Shown here piece after piece: positions 20,556 through 33,332 of a stretch of DNA of 64,000 nt. A program made the position numbers and the translations under genes. Every line of letters starts with the position of its first letter. Positions within the stretch are counted from its first letter, which is position 1. The notes below the pieces were generated by a model. That model saw only the letters and a list, made by a program, of their open reading frames with translations, ran no database searches and had not been told where the DNA came from. Source of the stretch: Chrysemys picta bellii (lineage: Eukaryota). Location of the stretch: positions 7,068,001 through 7,132,000 of the forward strand of contig NC_088795.1 in the NCBI RefSeq assembly GCF_011386835.1. Reading direction: 5' to 3'.

Positions 20556-22543
20556 CCTCCGATAAAGGGTTAGATTGATGTACTCCATGAACAGGGTAGC
20601 ACCCAACTGGTAATACTGCCACTTGCTTATTGCCTAATTCTTGCTGCAGTGATCTTCTTTCCTAGCTAACAACTGAACACCTGTTGCACAGAATCAGCAG
20701 CACTATGCTTGTCAGCTTATTTTAGGCCTTAGGGTAATGGACCCAACGTACAAATAAACTCAATATTGTGCATGCTGAAAGGCTTTGTTCTCTAGATGAG
20801 TAAATCAGAGTCTTTCCTGAATTTTAAAAAGATGGAGTGTTTGTATCTACACAGCACTGCCACCTGCCTTGTCCACTGTAGACTGGGAAAGGTAGACACG
20901 TTTTTATTGTTCCAGCTGTCTTACAGAGGAATTGCCCATGCTTATAAACCCATGTGAGTGCTTGAGAGAGTTGAGAGTTCAAAGAGAAGGCTGCAACAAA
21001 GACTTGCTGTCAGAAACCACTGTCTCTCCCATCACTTCTTCTGTGGCAAGGAGCACACAGGAGCAATAGCTTGCGCCTCCAAGAGTTAGTTCCTCCAGCC
21101 CTGGCCTGAGAACGCTGAGCCGTGGGAAATGTTTGGCAGGCAAAGCAAAACTCTAACCTACACATGTGCAGAATGTATCTTCTTCTGGTTTTCAGAAAAG
21201 GGATTTTTTTTTTAAAAAAGGGAGAAAATCTATGTGTAGGAAACTATTTGGCTGGCGAACCCAAACGGGGGAAATTTTGCATCGCAGGGAATGGGCCCAG
21301 ACTTCCACAGGACCTAAGGACCATTACAGACCTCCCTACCTTTGCGCACTCTTCTCCTGGAGAGAGGGTGAGAGAACATGAACCACATACAACAGATGTT
21401 TGCCTCCCAGTCCTGCTCTAAGGGAAGGTGGCTTTCCGATACTATGGTTATTAGATAGAATAGAGCAGAACCAGGGCATTTTGTAAACTGATAAAGCAGT
21501 ACCAAATTCCAGTGCACCTCCTCCTAGATCTGTGGCAATGTTTTAATTTATTCCATGGCTCTCTCAGCTGTGGGTCAGAATTAAAAATATATATATAAAC
21601 CTTGCTGGGGTGAATTTCACCCTAGATTATGTCCCATAGCGATTGCTCTCCACTGTGAGGTTTTTAACTATGTTCTCCAAGCCACCTGGCACTCAGGTCT
21701 TGGCTCCCCAGTGCTGGCTAAGCAGCCCAGCACAGAAGCTCCATCAGGGAAGCCTGTAGGCTCTTTTGGGGGCTTGTATCTCTCTCCCTGGGCTTTGGCA
21801 CTTGTGCTGTTCTCCAGCTAGCATCGCTGGCCTGAATGTCTAGCTTCCCTGGATGCAAACTGGATTTCATCTCTGGCTCACCAAACCCCGACTGCCTGGC
21901 TCCATTGGGCAGTGCTGGGAGCATGCACTCTAATCCAGTTAATTCCCTCATGTAGGGAATGCTGGGGAGCAGTAGGAAAATGTAGGCAGGTCCTGATAAG
22001 GCAAGGAGACCAAACAAAATGGCTATAGCAAAACAGCAGATATTGTGGCAAAAATACTGAATTTTGTGGCATCTTGAAAATGGCTAAACGATGTGGCTGT
22101 GGAATTGCCCAGCGCATAGCCCCTATTAGGATAAATGGGGCAGCTGAGATTCTGGGTAAACTCCATGGCAAACGCAGGCCCCTATTTATAAGTATTGAAT
22201 ACTGCAGAGGTCCAGAAGGATGAGAATTGATGCCTGCCATCTATCCATTGACAGGAGGAGACCATTCATCAATGCTGTTCAAGCTGTTTCTGTTCCATGT
22301 CCTGAATCCAGATTGTGCCAGATGGGCTTGGAGAAGCCAGCCAAGGCAGGCTGTCCTTGCTCCGGCACGGAAGGTATCGGAGTGGGTAGTAGTTGGCTAG
22401 AACCAGTGCATCCAGCATGGGTTTCTTCAGCGCTGGGGATTATTGCGTGTTGGAAGGAGGAAGGGAATATTCCCACTCTGAATGAGGCTTGGCTATTTCA
22501 GTCATCAGTTGTTCATGACTTTGACAAGCCCGGAAGAGGAGGG

Positions 22544-22780
22544 GTCGGATTAATTCATGGAGGTTAAGTCCATTAATGGCTATTAGCCAGGATGGGTAAG
22601 GAATGGTTTCCCTAGCCTCTGTCTGTCAGAGGGTGGAGATGGATGGCAGGAGAGAGATCACTTGATCATTGCCTGTTAGGTTCACTCCCTCTGGGACACC
22701 TGGCATTGGCCACTGTCGGCCAACAGGATACTGGGCTGGATGGACCTTTGGTCTGACCCAGTGCGGCCATTCTTAAGTTT
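22544..22780 (+). mobile_element. CR1 3' UTR fragment (long-UTR subfamily)
   Basis: TTCATGGAGGTTAAGTCCATTAATGGCTATTAGCCAGGATGG...GGCATTGGCCACTGTCGG...GGATGGACCTTTGGTCTGACCCAGT; a shorter related tail lies at about 30740-30830. Confidence 0.75.
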
Positions 22781-23029
22781 TGGCTCAACAGTCCTTCTGC
22801 AGATATTTCCCTCGATGAGTGAACGTACTGATCTCTGGGGATGCAAGCGAGCAACTGCTTGGTGGGGTAGGCCTGTGTGCTTTGAGGAAGCTTCCCAGAC
22901 ATGTGTGATCAGTTCTGCTGAACAGGACGACGGTTCTTCGCCGCACTTGGTGCTCAGCTCTGCCGCAGGCTGCAGGCAGTCGGGACTGAGGAAGTGGTTC
23001 ATTACCCAGGATAGCTCTTTGGGGCAGGA

Positions 23030-24063
23030 TTTGGTGACCTTGCTGATGGGAAGGATCTTTTGGCCTGTAATTCTGTCTCAGCAGAGATGTTGAGGAAATT
23101 GATATGTTTTGTCTGGTGTGAATCAGCTGTGATTTTTTCCCACCATTGGCTCTTGAGTCTCCACCTGTCTTCATGCAGTGCAGGGGGTCAAAACCCCAAG
23201 GAGATGTGTGGGCGATGAGGAGAAAGGGGCATTCAGGACCAGTGTATGGTCAAGGCTAGCATACAGTAGTAATGATTCATTAGATCCTTTAAATTAAATT
23301 AATGGAGATGTCCCATCTCCTAGAACTGGAAGGGACCTTGAAAGGTCATCAAGTCCAGCCCCCTGCCTTCACTAGCAGGACCAAGTACTGATTTTGCCCC
23401 AGATCCCTAAGTGGCCCACTCAAGGATTGAACTCACAACCCTGGGTTTAAGCAGGCCGATTCTCAAACCACTGAACTATCCTTATCCTGTGACTGGAGTG
23501 GTGCTGTCCTTTAGCAGGTTCTGGAATCAGATGCAATCCATGAATATTCATGGTCCAATCAGGGCCGTGGGGGTGTCTTGTTGCTTGGGAGATTTGAATG
23601 TCTGACCATTGCCTTAATGAGGTGATGTCTGTCCCAGACAGTGTCTGGGTTGTGATGTCCTCAATCTTAACCATCCATCTGTGTATCCTGTCCAGGGTGT
23701 GACAGGCTGTGGAGGTTGGAGCAGAGAGCATCTGTGAAAGGCACAGAGGCAGGGGAGGAGAGGAGCTTTTGGGTTTTTTGTGCCTGATGCATATTGACAA
23801 AGCTGATTTGAAGTCTCCCAGGATGACAAGTCTGGGATATGTCATCAACAAGGTACCAATGAGCTCCTTTCCCATCTTGGTCTGATGTATTAAGTCTCTC
23901 CAGAGGGGAAGGGAAGAGGAGATGGGCTAGTACAGGGATCTTGGTGTCATCCAGCCAAGTCTTGGTAATGTAGGCTATATGGGTGGGCGGGGCAGGGGGG
24001 GGAGAGGGGCTCATTAAATGACTTCATCATTGTTTGGTTGACTGCAGATCTTGCATTGATCAA
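23030..24063 (-). pseudogene. Decayed L2/CR1-group LINE ORF2 5' part (APE endonuclease plus linker), interrupted by a polIII/SINE
   Basis: Ordered APE motifs across several minus-strand frames: LINARSAVN (24063-24037), IAYITKTWLD, RLVILGDF (GDF at 23818-23810), PT...HTLD and a DHHLI-like motif. Extension below about 23500 is less certain. Confidence 0.65.
23293..23487 (-). mobile_element. Tortoise-type polIII/SINE (tRNA-derived head plus CR1-like tail)
   Basis: Reverse complement reads GGATAGTTCAGTGGTTTGAG...CCAGGGTTGTGAGTTCAATCCTTGAG (A and B boxes) ... GGTCCCTTCCAGTTCTAGGAGATGGGA; same family as 60201-60400. Confidence 0.85.
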
Positions 24064-25516
24064 AGACCATCCCTTCTCAAAGCCCCTGTTTCTTAACATA
24101 AATCCACCCACTCCTGTCTCTTCCCCTCACAATCACACTACATTGCCTGTTTCTTCTTCCTGTTAATCTACCCCTTTCCCAACCATCCTCTCAAACAGCC
24201 ATTTTTAACCCATCTAACTATGCCAAATCCTCAGGGCAACAGAAGCCAGGCACAAAAGGTGCTATAAACAAACACAACTTGAAAAAATTGTATCCACATA
24301 AGAGTCTGGAGTGACCCTCTCTGCTGGATTTTTTTCTACAACAATACTCAAACAGATTTGGATTTTCATGTTTAGATCTGAACAGTTTTCTTTTCTCTGA
24401 AGCTTTCTTGATCTTCCCCAGAAAGCAGTAGGACTAAACCTCACACCAAACATGGAAACCTTTCCAGGATTTTACAAACCATACATCACTTAATCAGCAG
24501 CCTCTGTGGCCGTGAGGAAGGAACATGCAAATTTCCCATTGAAATAACTTTTATCAGTAACTGCTGTTGTGGGGAGGAGGTAGGGGAAGGGGCTTGTGCA
24601 GAATTGTTCCCTATAGGAGGATGATCTTGTTTTTTTTTTTAATGCTTTGATCCATCTAGCTTTAAAGGTCTATATGGACAAAGCTTCCACCATGTCTGCT
24701 GAGAGAGTTTTCCAGTTGATCTCACTGCCAGGAAGTTTTTTCTTAACTGATCCATCTGGATGCAGCTCTCCTACTTACATAGTTTGGGTCTTTCTTAATA
24801 AAAGCATCTGCTTTGTAACTTGTCTCTAGGGTCTTTAATGGCAATACTATAAACATAACAGAAACCCTGCTCCCTTCCATGTTCTACAGTAGTGCAAACA
24901 TCTGCGGTGCCATATACTATAACCATTCAGAGCTAATGTCACCTATGACACACACAGTGCTGCATCATTCATTTGATAAAGCTTTTTCTAAATGTCAGCA
25001 CTGCAAGATATCCTCGACAGACCATAGTTGTCATGTGGTCAGCAGTGCTGTCCCATAACTGCTAGATCCAGACCAGGATCGGTAGAAAGAACCTGTATGG
25101 CAACATGCATGGCAGCTAAAGGTCTTTAGAGGGGTCACTCCCAATAATGGCAGATTGGAAGGGGACCAAATAAAGCCCAATCCAATATTCTGAATTGCAG
25201 AATCTTATCCAATTATTCCCACTGCAAAGTCAAACCCAAGAGGGAAAATGTGCATTGGACATGTTGGCCAAAGCAGTGGGAGAAACTGACTTTCCCAAAG
25301 GTTTATGGGATTGTTAATATCCATGCAGAACAAAGAGGCAGTTTGGTTTTAAGTTCTTTTCCAGAAGGTCTTCTTCTCTCCTTTTAGAATGATGAAGGTG
25401 TGACTGGCTTTGCTGGAATTCCCATTCATTGGAACAGAGCCTTGTTCCTTTAAACATAGTGCATAAATACCAGATGCACCTATTTGGACCAGCCATTAGA
25501 AGGCACGAAGGCGCAT

Positions 25517-27123
25517 TCAATCAATCATAGAATATCAGAGTTGGAAGGGACCTCAAGAGGTCATCTAGTCCAACCCCCTGCTCAAAGCAGGACCAATTCC
25601 CAGCTAAATCATCCCAGCCAGGGCTTTGTCAAGCCGGGCCTTAAAAACCTCCAAGGAAGGAGACTCCACCACCTCCCTAGGTAACGCATTCCAGTGTTTC
25701 ACCACCCTCCTAGTGAAATAGTTTTTCCTGATATCCAACCTGGACCTCCCCCACTGCAACTTGAGACCATTGCTCCTTGTTCTGTCATCTGCCACCACTG
25801 AGAACAGCCGAGCTCCATCCTCTTTGGAACCCCCCTTCAGGTAGTTGAAGGCTGCTATCAAATCCCCCCTCATTCTTCTCTTCTGGAGACTAAACAATCC
25901 CAGTTCTCTCAGCCTCTCCTCATAAATCATATGCGCCAGACCCCTAATCATTTTTGTTGCCCTTCGCTGGACTCTTTCCAATTTTTCCACATCCTTCTTG
26001 TAGTGTGGGGCCCAAAACTGGACACAGTATTCCAGATGAGGCCTCACCAATGTCGAATAAAGGGGAACGATCACGTTCCTCGATCTGCTGGCAATGCCCC
26101 TACTTATACAGCCCAAAATGCCGTTAGCCTTCTTGGCAACAAGAGCACACTGTTGACTCATATCCAGCTTCTCGTCCACTGTGACCCCTAGGTCCTTTTC
26201 AGCAGAACTGCTACCTAGCCATTCGGTCCCTAGTCTGTAGCAGTGCATGGGATTCTTCCGTCCTAAGTGCAGGACTCTGCACTTGTCCTTGTTGAACCTC
26301 ATCAGGTTTTTTTCTGCCCAATCCTCTAATTTGTCTAGGTCCCTCTGTATCCGATCCCTACCCTCTAGTGTATCTACCACGCCTCCTAGTTTAGTGTCAT
26401 CTGCAAACTTGCTGAGAGTGCAGTCCACACCATCCTCCAGATCATTAATAAAGATATTAAACAAAACCGGCCCCAGGACCGACCCTTGGGGCACTCCGCT
26501 TGAAACCGGCTGCCAACTAGACATGGAGCCATTGATCACTACCCGTTGAGCCCGACGATCTAGCCAGCTTTCTATCCACCTTACAGTCCATTCATCCAGC
26601 CCATACTTCTTTAACTTGGTGGCAAGAATACTGTGGGAGACAGTATCAAAAGCTTTGCTAAAGTCAAGAAATAACACATCCACTGCTTTCCCCTCATCCA
26701 CAGAGCCAGTTATCTCATCATAGAAGGCAATTAGGTTAGTCAGGCACGACTTCCCCTTCGTGAATCCATGCTGACTGTTCCTGATCACTTTCCTTTCCTC
26801 TAAATGTTTCATAATTGATTCCTTGAGGGCCTGCTCCATAATTTTTCCAGGGACTGAGGTGAGGCTGACTGGCCTGTAGTTCCCCGGATCCTCCTTCTTC
26901 CCTTTTTTAAAGATGGGCACTACATTAGCCTTTTTCCAGTCATCTGGGACCAGTCATCCGGGACCTCCCCCGATCGCCATGAGTTTTCAAAAATAATGGC
27001 TAATGGCTCTGCAATCTCACCCGCCAACTCCTTTAGCACCCTCGGATGCAGCGCATCCGGCCCCATGGACTTGTGCACGTCCAGTTTTTCTAAATAGTCC
27101 CGAACCACTTCTTTCTCCACAGA
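25517..27123 (-). mobile_element. Young 5'-truncated CR1 LINE
   Basis: 3' tail (reverse complement CTCTGATATTCTATGATTGA), CR1 3' UTR, RT ORF, intact CpGs; homology stops at about 27123; no TSD recognised. Confidence 0.95.
25604..26920 (-). CDS. CR1 ORF2 reverse transcriptase, C-terminal 438 aa (fragment)
   Basis: [75 protein letters not shown]. The upstream part (SVEKEVVRDYLEKLD...GEVPDDW) is in another frame because of a 14-bp duplication at 26936-26963. Confidence 0.92.
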   Translation of the reverse strand: MPIFKKGKKEDPGNYRPVSLTSVPGKIMEQALKESIMKHLEERKVIRNSQHGFTKGKSCLTNLIAFYDEITGSVDEGKAVDVLFLDFSKAFDTVSHSILATKLKKYGLDEWTVRWIESWLDRRAQRVVINGSMSSWQPVSSGVPQGSVLGPVLFNIFINDLEDGVDCTLSKFADDTKLGGVVDTLEGRDRIQRDLDKLEDWAEKNLMRFNKDKCRVLHLGRKNPMHCYRLGTEWLGSSSAEKDLGVTVDEKLDMSQQCALVAKKANGILGCISRGIASRSRNVIVPLYSTLVRPHLEYCVQFWAPHYKKDVEKLERVQRRATKMIRGLAHMIYEERLRELGLFSLQKRRMRGDLIAAFNYLKGGSKEDGARLFSVVADDRTRSNGLKLQWGRSRLDIRKNYFTRRVVKHWNALPREVVESPSLEVFKARLDKALAGMI

Positions 27124-28529
27124 TCTGTCTCCTAGCATGGGTTCCATATTGCCTGCACTGGGGGAAAGCATCTGGAGTGTGCCAGAATACAAGCCTCACT
27201 TTGGTGCTCTCTTGGCAACCATCTGGCCATTGGTATGATTTGAACCTGGGACCCTCAGTACTGGATTGGGGGGACAGACCTCACCCCACCAAGGAACTGA
27301 AGCTTTGAACATTCACATCTGGATGTTGTTGGCAAACCATGCAGCATGCATATTCTGTTCTTTGAAAAATCAGATTGTGATAGCTGTGAAATTCAGTTCG
27401 ATGATGAGCCATCAAAGTTTTGTCTGCCCCTCCCACATGGGAATCAGTTCACCTGGGGCCTGTACCCATATCCGGTTCTGTATTGACACTTAGTCACAAA
27501 TTGTCTTGACAGACCTTTTGGAATTCCACTCTCATTTTGTGTGTCTTAAAAAGACAGTCATGCCAGGGGGTGGAGGGGAGAAAGAGGTCAGTTCAGAATT
27601 TTACTCCCTGCTATTGACCATTTAAACTGACATGCCATATTTGTAGTTCACTTAATGAAAGAACTGCTCCAATGATCTCAGCCACAAAATGAAAATTGAC
27701 CAATGTTCCATTTGCTAAATGCACCAAAAATCTGTTCATTGGATTAAAATTGTGGGCTTCTGTATGTTGACCTCTTTCTTTTTCTTCGGGCAAGAATATA
27801 AAAAATAGATTTGTTATCCAATATACTTCACAATAGGTAACTTGGGAACAATCAAGGATCAGAAATGGCTGGGGTTATAAGTGACTACACTTAAGGACTT
27901 GTTGAAATCTAGGATTGCAATCACACAGATTTTTTTTCCCCCCCATGCCCATCTTTTTGCCTACAAACATTTGAGTCTCCCTGAGGTCTGTGAGAGAAGA
28001 TTGTGAAATGCTGTTCCTTTCAGACAATGGGACATTGGAATCCTGCAGGGTGCATGCTAATCAGAGCTAAAACTGGTTGGATTCAGGAGACCGGCACTAC
28101 ACTTTAATCCATTAAACAGACACACAAAATCATACTTCCTATTAGAAAAATTATACAGGAAATTGACTGACTTCCTGCATGTTTTGTGAGCTAAAGAATT
28201 CATGCACTGAAGGTGTTAAAATGTGGTGTTTTTAATATGTTCACTTCCTTGCAGTCAGAATAGCCCCAGCCCCCTAGCTGTAGACAGACTGAGGCATGCC
28301 TCTGTTTGGGAGTTGTGCATTAGCTGTAATTATTACTATTAGCCATTATGACCCTATTACCCTGTGGTAATGCCTAAGCAGGTCCTTGTGCTGGATGTGT
28401 TGTGATAATGATGATTACACTTCTCAAGGATACATGAGACTACATAATGTGCCTTTTGCATATCAATGATGTTATACAATGGGTTTGTGGCTGATATTCC
28501 CCCACTGTTGAGGTTTATGTTAATTAAAA

Positions 28530-28780
28530 TAGATCAACCCAGGGCTGTAGCAACCTAAAATCATTCCCAGTTAGAGGCTATTGGTAGCTTAAAGGAAGTC
28601 AATGAGTTGTTGTCCTCTTAGACCAATGCTGGCTGAGCAACGGTCAGAAACAGGAACTCTGCCACCGAAGTCGGCACCCCTGGCAGTGTCCGCAGGGGGA
28701 ACTGTATCCTGCCCTCAGTGCCCAAGAACTGCCTCTTGCAGAGACAGGTTGAGGCACAGAGGTGAGATTGTGGCTTTAGA
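28530..28780 (+). mobile_element. Decayed LF-SINE-like copy
   Basis: Collinear similarity to my recollection of the LF-SINE consensus (CCCAGGGCTGTAGCAACCTAAAATCATT..., AATGAGTTG, GGCACCCCTGGCAG, GGTTGAGGCACA); not database-verified. Confidence 0.45.
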
Positions 28781-29272
28781 TGCAGCCCTGAGCAAAGGGT
28801 GGTTTGTAAGCTATAAACACTGCCCCTTCCCTGCTCCCCAGAGGCACAATTCCCTCCCTGCCTCTCCCTTGCTCAGGGCGACAGGAATCTACCACTTGTC
28901 TATACCAGCAGCAAATGACACCGCTCCTTGCGCACTGTCAGCTGCACTGATGAGGTGCAGGGACTGAAGCCAATGTTCTTCTATTCCCCACCAGCCCCAC
29001 CCACCTCTGTCCTAGGTTCCCAAACCCAAGGTCTGGTTGGCCTCCATGGAGGTGTATTCCTATTTACCCCCTGGCATGGACACATTGTCCCTGGGTGGGA
29101 CAGCATGTGCAAGATGGCAGTGCTGTATCTGTTCTATGCATATATAGAAGAGAACTTCTGCTTCCAGTTTAATCAAAGTTGGATGAGGAGGGCAGCTGGC
29201 CTAGTGGTTAGGTCCCCCAAAGCTCCAGCTGTCACCTTGGTCACCAACTGAGCTGAATCTTCTGTCAAGAGG

Positions 29273-29995
29273 AAGGATGTCCCAGGGGCTAGGGAGTTAG
29301 CGAGTAGTCAGGAAATCTGGCATCACTTCCCTGCTCTACCACAGGTTTCTTGGGCAAGTCACTTAGGGCGATGTGACCAAAGGGATTTAGGTGCCTGCAT
29401 TAGAACTTGAGAAGTTCAAAAACCCAGTCTAACCCTATAGGTGGCTGACGTTTTGCTGCTGACCATGTGCACAGCTGCCTAAAACTTGATGCATAGGCAT
29501 CTAGCTAAAACCTAAGCCCTGGTGGGATCCTCGGACCAAGTGGTCCCCCCCATCTAACTGCTCTGCAGGATCTGAGCCCGTAGATACTTTCAGAGATGGA
29601 TCATGTAGGTTAAAATGCCTGCTCCGAAAAAGGGTAAGGGATCTGAACCTGGGTCTCTCTCATGCTGGGTGAGCTGTCTGACCACTGAGCTAAAGGCTAG
29701 AAAGTCAGTGGTTGGTATGTGTGTTCCTGCACTAGCTTAGGTGCCTAACTCCCAAAGAAGATTCACAGCTGTGAATCCCAAATGGAGACAGGCACTGAAG
29801 TCTGGGCGGATGGGAGGCACCTAAGTCCCTTTGAGGGCAGGGCTTAGGACCCACCTCTCCCCTCTATATTTGCTATTGGCTAGCTTAGGCATCTTCCCTA
29901 CTCAGCTTCCTGGCTTTTAGGGTCCACTAGGCAGCAAGGTGCCTAAGCATTCAACATTGCAATGCTGAAGCCAAGTCCTCTGTGTGGATCTACCC
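29273..29995. repeat. CORE-SINE 5' part (about 29273-29368) followed by a turtle-type repeat rich in TAGGTGCCT/AGGCACCTA motifs
   Basis: TTCTTGGGCAAGTCACTTAGG CORE motif, then recurring GGTGCCTA/GGCACCTAAG motifs and inverted tRNA-like segments. Confidence 0.4.
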
Positions 29996-31361
29996 CTTGG
30001 TCTCTCGGAACAGGTAAAGGATACTTAGGTGGTGCACCACCTAACTCCTAGGTACCCTGTCACCCAGTGCTATCCTCAGACTTGAGTCTGGTGCCCAGGC
30101 TCCCTAGACTATACATGGGAGTTCGGCATCTAAGAATGGGATTTTTATGGAGATGGTTATTGGTTTTTTGTCTACTATAAACTCAAAGTTTTTTTGGGAA
30201 AAATAAACAACCTCACAATATTGTTCATGCTCATAACAAAAAAAAGGTGTGTGGAACCCCGGAAAATGGAAACGACCTCAAAATATCAACATCTGCCTTT
30301 ATTTATTTTCACTTTCTTACTGGCGTACTTTCCTTTGGTGGAAACAGAAGAGAAGCATCAGGGTAACTCATCTCCAACGGACAGACTGATAGTATCCGGG
30401 AACTTGCTACTTCAGCTGCTTGGCCGCTGTTGCCAAAAGGGCTAACAAGTCATTAAAGGCCAGGAGAACGAGTTGGAGTCGAAAGCAACTTCTCCATGAA
30501 GCACTTCAGTAAAGTACTCCGAGCAGAGGTCTTCCCTCTGTGAAAGGCCATCATTGTGCTTCCTTTTCCCCCCTACCCTTGTCCAATGTCTCTAGCTTTA
30601 ATACACTATGAACTTGTAGCTCTTGAGGCCCTGTCCCATGCCTTGCCCCAAGGGCCCCCCTTTTCTTGTGTGGCATACGGGGGAAATGCATAACAAAGTG
30701 GATTATAGGGGATGGAGCACTCAACAATTGCCCTGTTCTGTTTAGTTCCTTCTGAAGCATCTGGCATTGGCCACTGACAGGATAGGGGGCTAGATGGACC
30801 ATTGTCTCACCCAGTGTGGCTCTTCTTGGGTTAGAACAGTGTGTACATCAGAGGAAGTGGAGAGTAGTGATACGTGAACCTCAAAAGGTTCAGCATTTTG
30901 GTTTTCAGTTCAGACATGTCCAATCCATTCAAACCATGAGCAGCTAATAAAGTGAGTTGGAAACTAGAAAGAACAGCCTATCTAGTGGTATATCAATGCT
31001 TCAAATTCTGGGCAAGTTAGCAGGGGCTTTGTCCATTTTGAGTAGGGTGGGAAATGCACGAGCAGTGCCGGCACTGGAATTTGAAAACGGCAGGGTAGGA
31101 TCAGGAAAACCAGTGTACGGCAGGATGATCTGCTGAACACGGGAGAATTGGGAGGCACGGTGTCCCACTTCTGGACTCTGAATACTAAGAGTTTGAGAGT
31201 GAGGGTCAGGTACTTTTTTATCTGTTGAAATAGCCACACAGTTCATCCACTCATCAATACCTTGTCAAATTGATTCCTGTTCAGTAATATCTAAACACAT
31301 TTGACAGTGCACAGTTGAATCAATGGATTATGTATTATACATTCCATAGCTTATTGTAAGC

Positions 31362-31389
<28 letters not shown>
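31362..31389. repeat. (AT)n microsatellite
   Basis: About 14 uninterrupted AT units. Confidence 0.95.
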
Positions 31390-31393
<4 letters not shown>

Positions 31394-32554
31394 TATCTAC
31401 CAACCTATGACCTTAATACAGACACTGAACCATTATGGTACTCCTGGCAATCACATTTTCACCCATTTATGTGCTGTACCATCTGTGGCTTGTTAGCAGT
31501 GACTTTGTGGGCAGCTCACAAGATTTAAAACTAACCTTATATCTTGGTAACCTCACAAGATTTTCTCTGAGACTTTACATTGCACCTGGGAGCTCTCAAA
31601 ACTGCCTCAGTGGCAACCTTATAATGTAATTTACCCCTAATTTTAATGTGCTAAATATATATAAGAGGCCCAGAATTTGGGGATGATAAAACGAAAAGGC
31701 TTGGCACAGAGGCAGAGTTCAGGAACAAAGGGCTCATGAATCAGCATCCTTGGATGTTTTGTACTGCAGCCCAATACGCAACTGCTTGTCAATTTCAACC
31801 ACAGGGGAAATTGACAAGCCTGGTGTTTCTTGTAATTTTGATACATAGGTTAAACTTCAGAAGACTCTCTTCCCTCATGTCAGGCTACAAGTCCAAATCA
31901 ATAGCTGTTTTTTATATAAAGGGATCCCTGAGAGTTCAGTGGCAGAGAGCAATGGTATTCTAACAAAGGGAATATAAAATTTTCCCCTAAAGGATTCTGT
32001 TACTGATTCCCACACTCACTCTGATTATCTGTATAATGGTAACGAATCCATATAGGTTCATCCACAGATGGGAATTCAGTCCGTGCATGAACTACCATGA
32101 TTGCAGCACTCCAGTGCATATTGCTAAGGTCAGGATGAAGTGAGAGAACTGGGACAAAGCGTTCTGGGTTTAGGGTCTGGCTAGGGGAACAAACTTCCGC
32201 AGGAGATCAGGCACAGCCAAAGTCTGACTGTTTATAGGAAACTCTTCAAAGACTACTTCTTTGAAAAGGCCTTTGTACCATTAGAATAACGCTCAAAATT
32301 GGCACACCCTCCTCCTGTCAAAACCCAACTCACCCCTAAAAACAAATTCTAAAAAAAAAAAAAATCAAACCCTGCCCTAAGCAGAGATTTGCCCCCCAAA
32401 ATTAAAGTGCCATGATGTCCTCTAGGGATTCCACCATTGTTACTTATTTTATTTGGAAGGTGCTCAGATACTGCGAAGATGGTCAACAGTATAAACCCCA
32501 TAGACCGATGTGAGCAATGATTGCTGGGCATTGCCACCAATATAGTTTTAGTTA

Positions 32555-33261
32555 GGTAACACGTTGTGCTCACCACCGTGGTGCCTCCTGCAGGTTGTTC
32601 CAGAAATTAACTGTCCAACAGGACCCCCTCTGGTGGTGTCTTGCTCTCCATCCTTGCTTCTCCACCGTCTCCGCTGTCTGTGGGGACCCGCGTCTCTCCC
32701 AGACCGTGGCGTCCCCCTCCAGCTGTGCCCCAACTGTGTTGTCTTCCCCCTTCTGGGGGAACCGGCAGTCCTTCACCTGGCCTTTTGCCACAGGGGCAAA
32801 CTGCAGTCCTTTGGCTGGCCACTTCCCTCAGCAGCCAGTGGGGCATAGTAGGGGCAGGCCCAGGACCTCCTGCTACTCTGGGCCCCAACCCAGGGACCCT
32901 ATAGCTGGCAGACGCTCACTGCCTCTCCCTGCTTTCCCTGGGCCACTTCCCTGTAGCCCCAGCACCTACTCAGCCCCTGTGTCAAGGCCACAGTCTGGGA
33001 ACCAGCCAGCTGGGGCTCCGCTTGCTCCCCTGACCAGCACTGCTCTGTCCCAGGTACTTCTTTCTACAGGCAACCAGTCCTCCTCCCTCAAGCTCCAGGG
33101 ACAGACAGCTCTTCTCTACCCGACAGCCCCTCTTATAGGGCTCAGCCTGGCCCCTATTGGCTGCTTCTAAACCTTCCTCTGGTTGGCTGGGTTCTGTGCA
33201 GCTGCTCCGAGGGCTGCTTTTAACCCTTTGCCAGCCAGTGAGGGGCAGCTGCCCCGTCACA
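32555..33261 (-). mobile_element. Solo LTR (Gypsy-like), about 706 bp
   Basis: Ends GGGGCAGCTGCCCCGTCACA, flanked by GTTAG direct repeats (32551-32555 and 33262-33266); minus strand has CCAAT and TATAAGAG promoter elements at about 33130-33180; the left terminal T of TG is altered. Confidence 0.7.
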
Positions 33262-33332
33262 GTTAGCACTTCTATCCCATAGCATTTAACATTTGTGCCG
33301 CATTCTGGGGGTGTTAATGGACCTAATTTTTA

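Noticed and set aside
28947-28975. CTGATGA hammerhead-like core
   Set aside because: It is followed by GAAG rather than GAAA, has no helix I or III, and forms a simple CTGCAC/GTGCAG hairpin.
30194-30445. 83-aa ORF with a hydrophobic stretch
   Set aside because: It has a TTG start, low-complexity T-rich sequence explains the hydrophobicity, and there is no homology or splice support.
32595-33170. 191-aa ORF and overlapping ORFs
   Set aside because: They lie entirely within a GC-rich solo LTR, with no gag, pol or env motifs.
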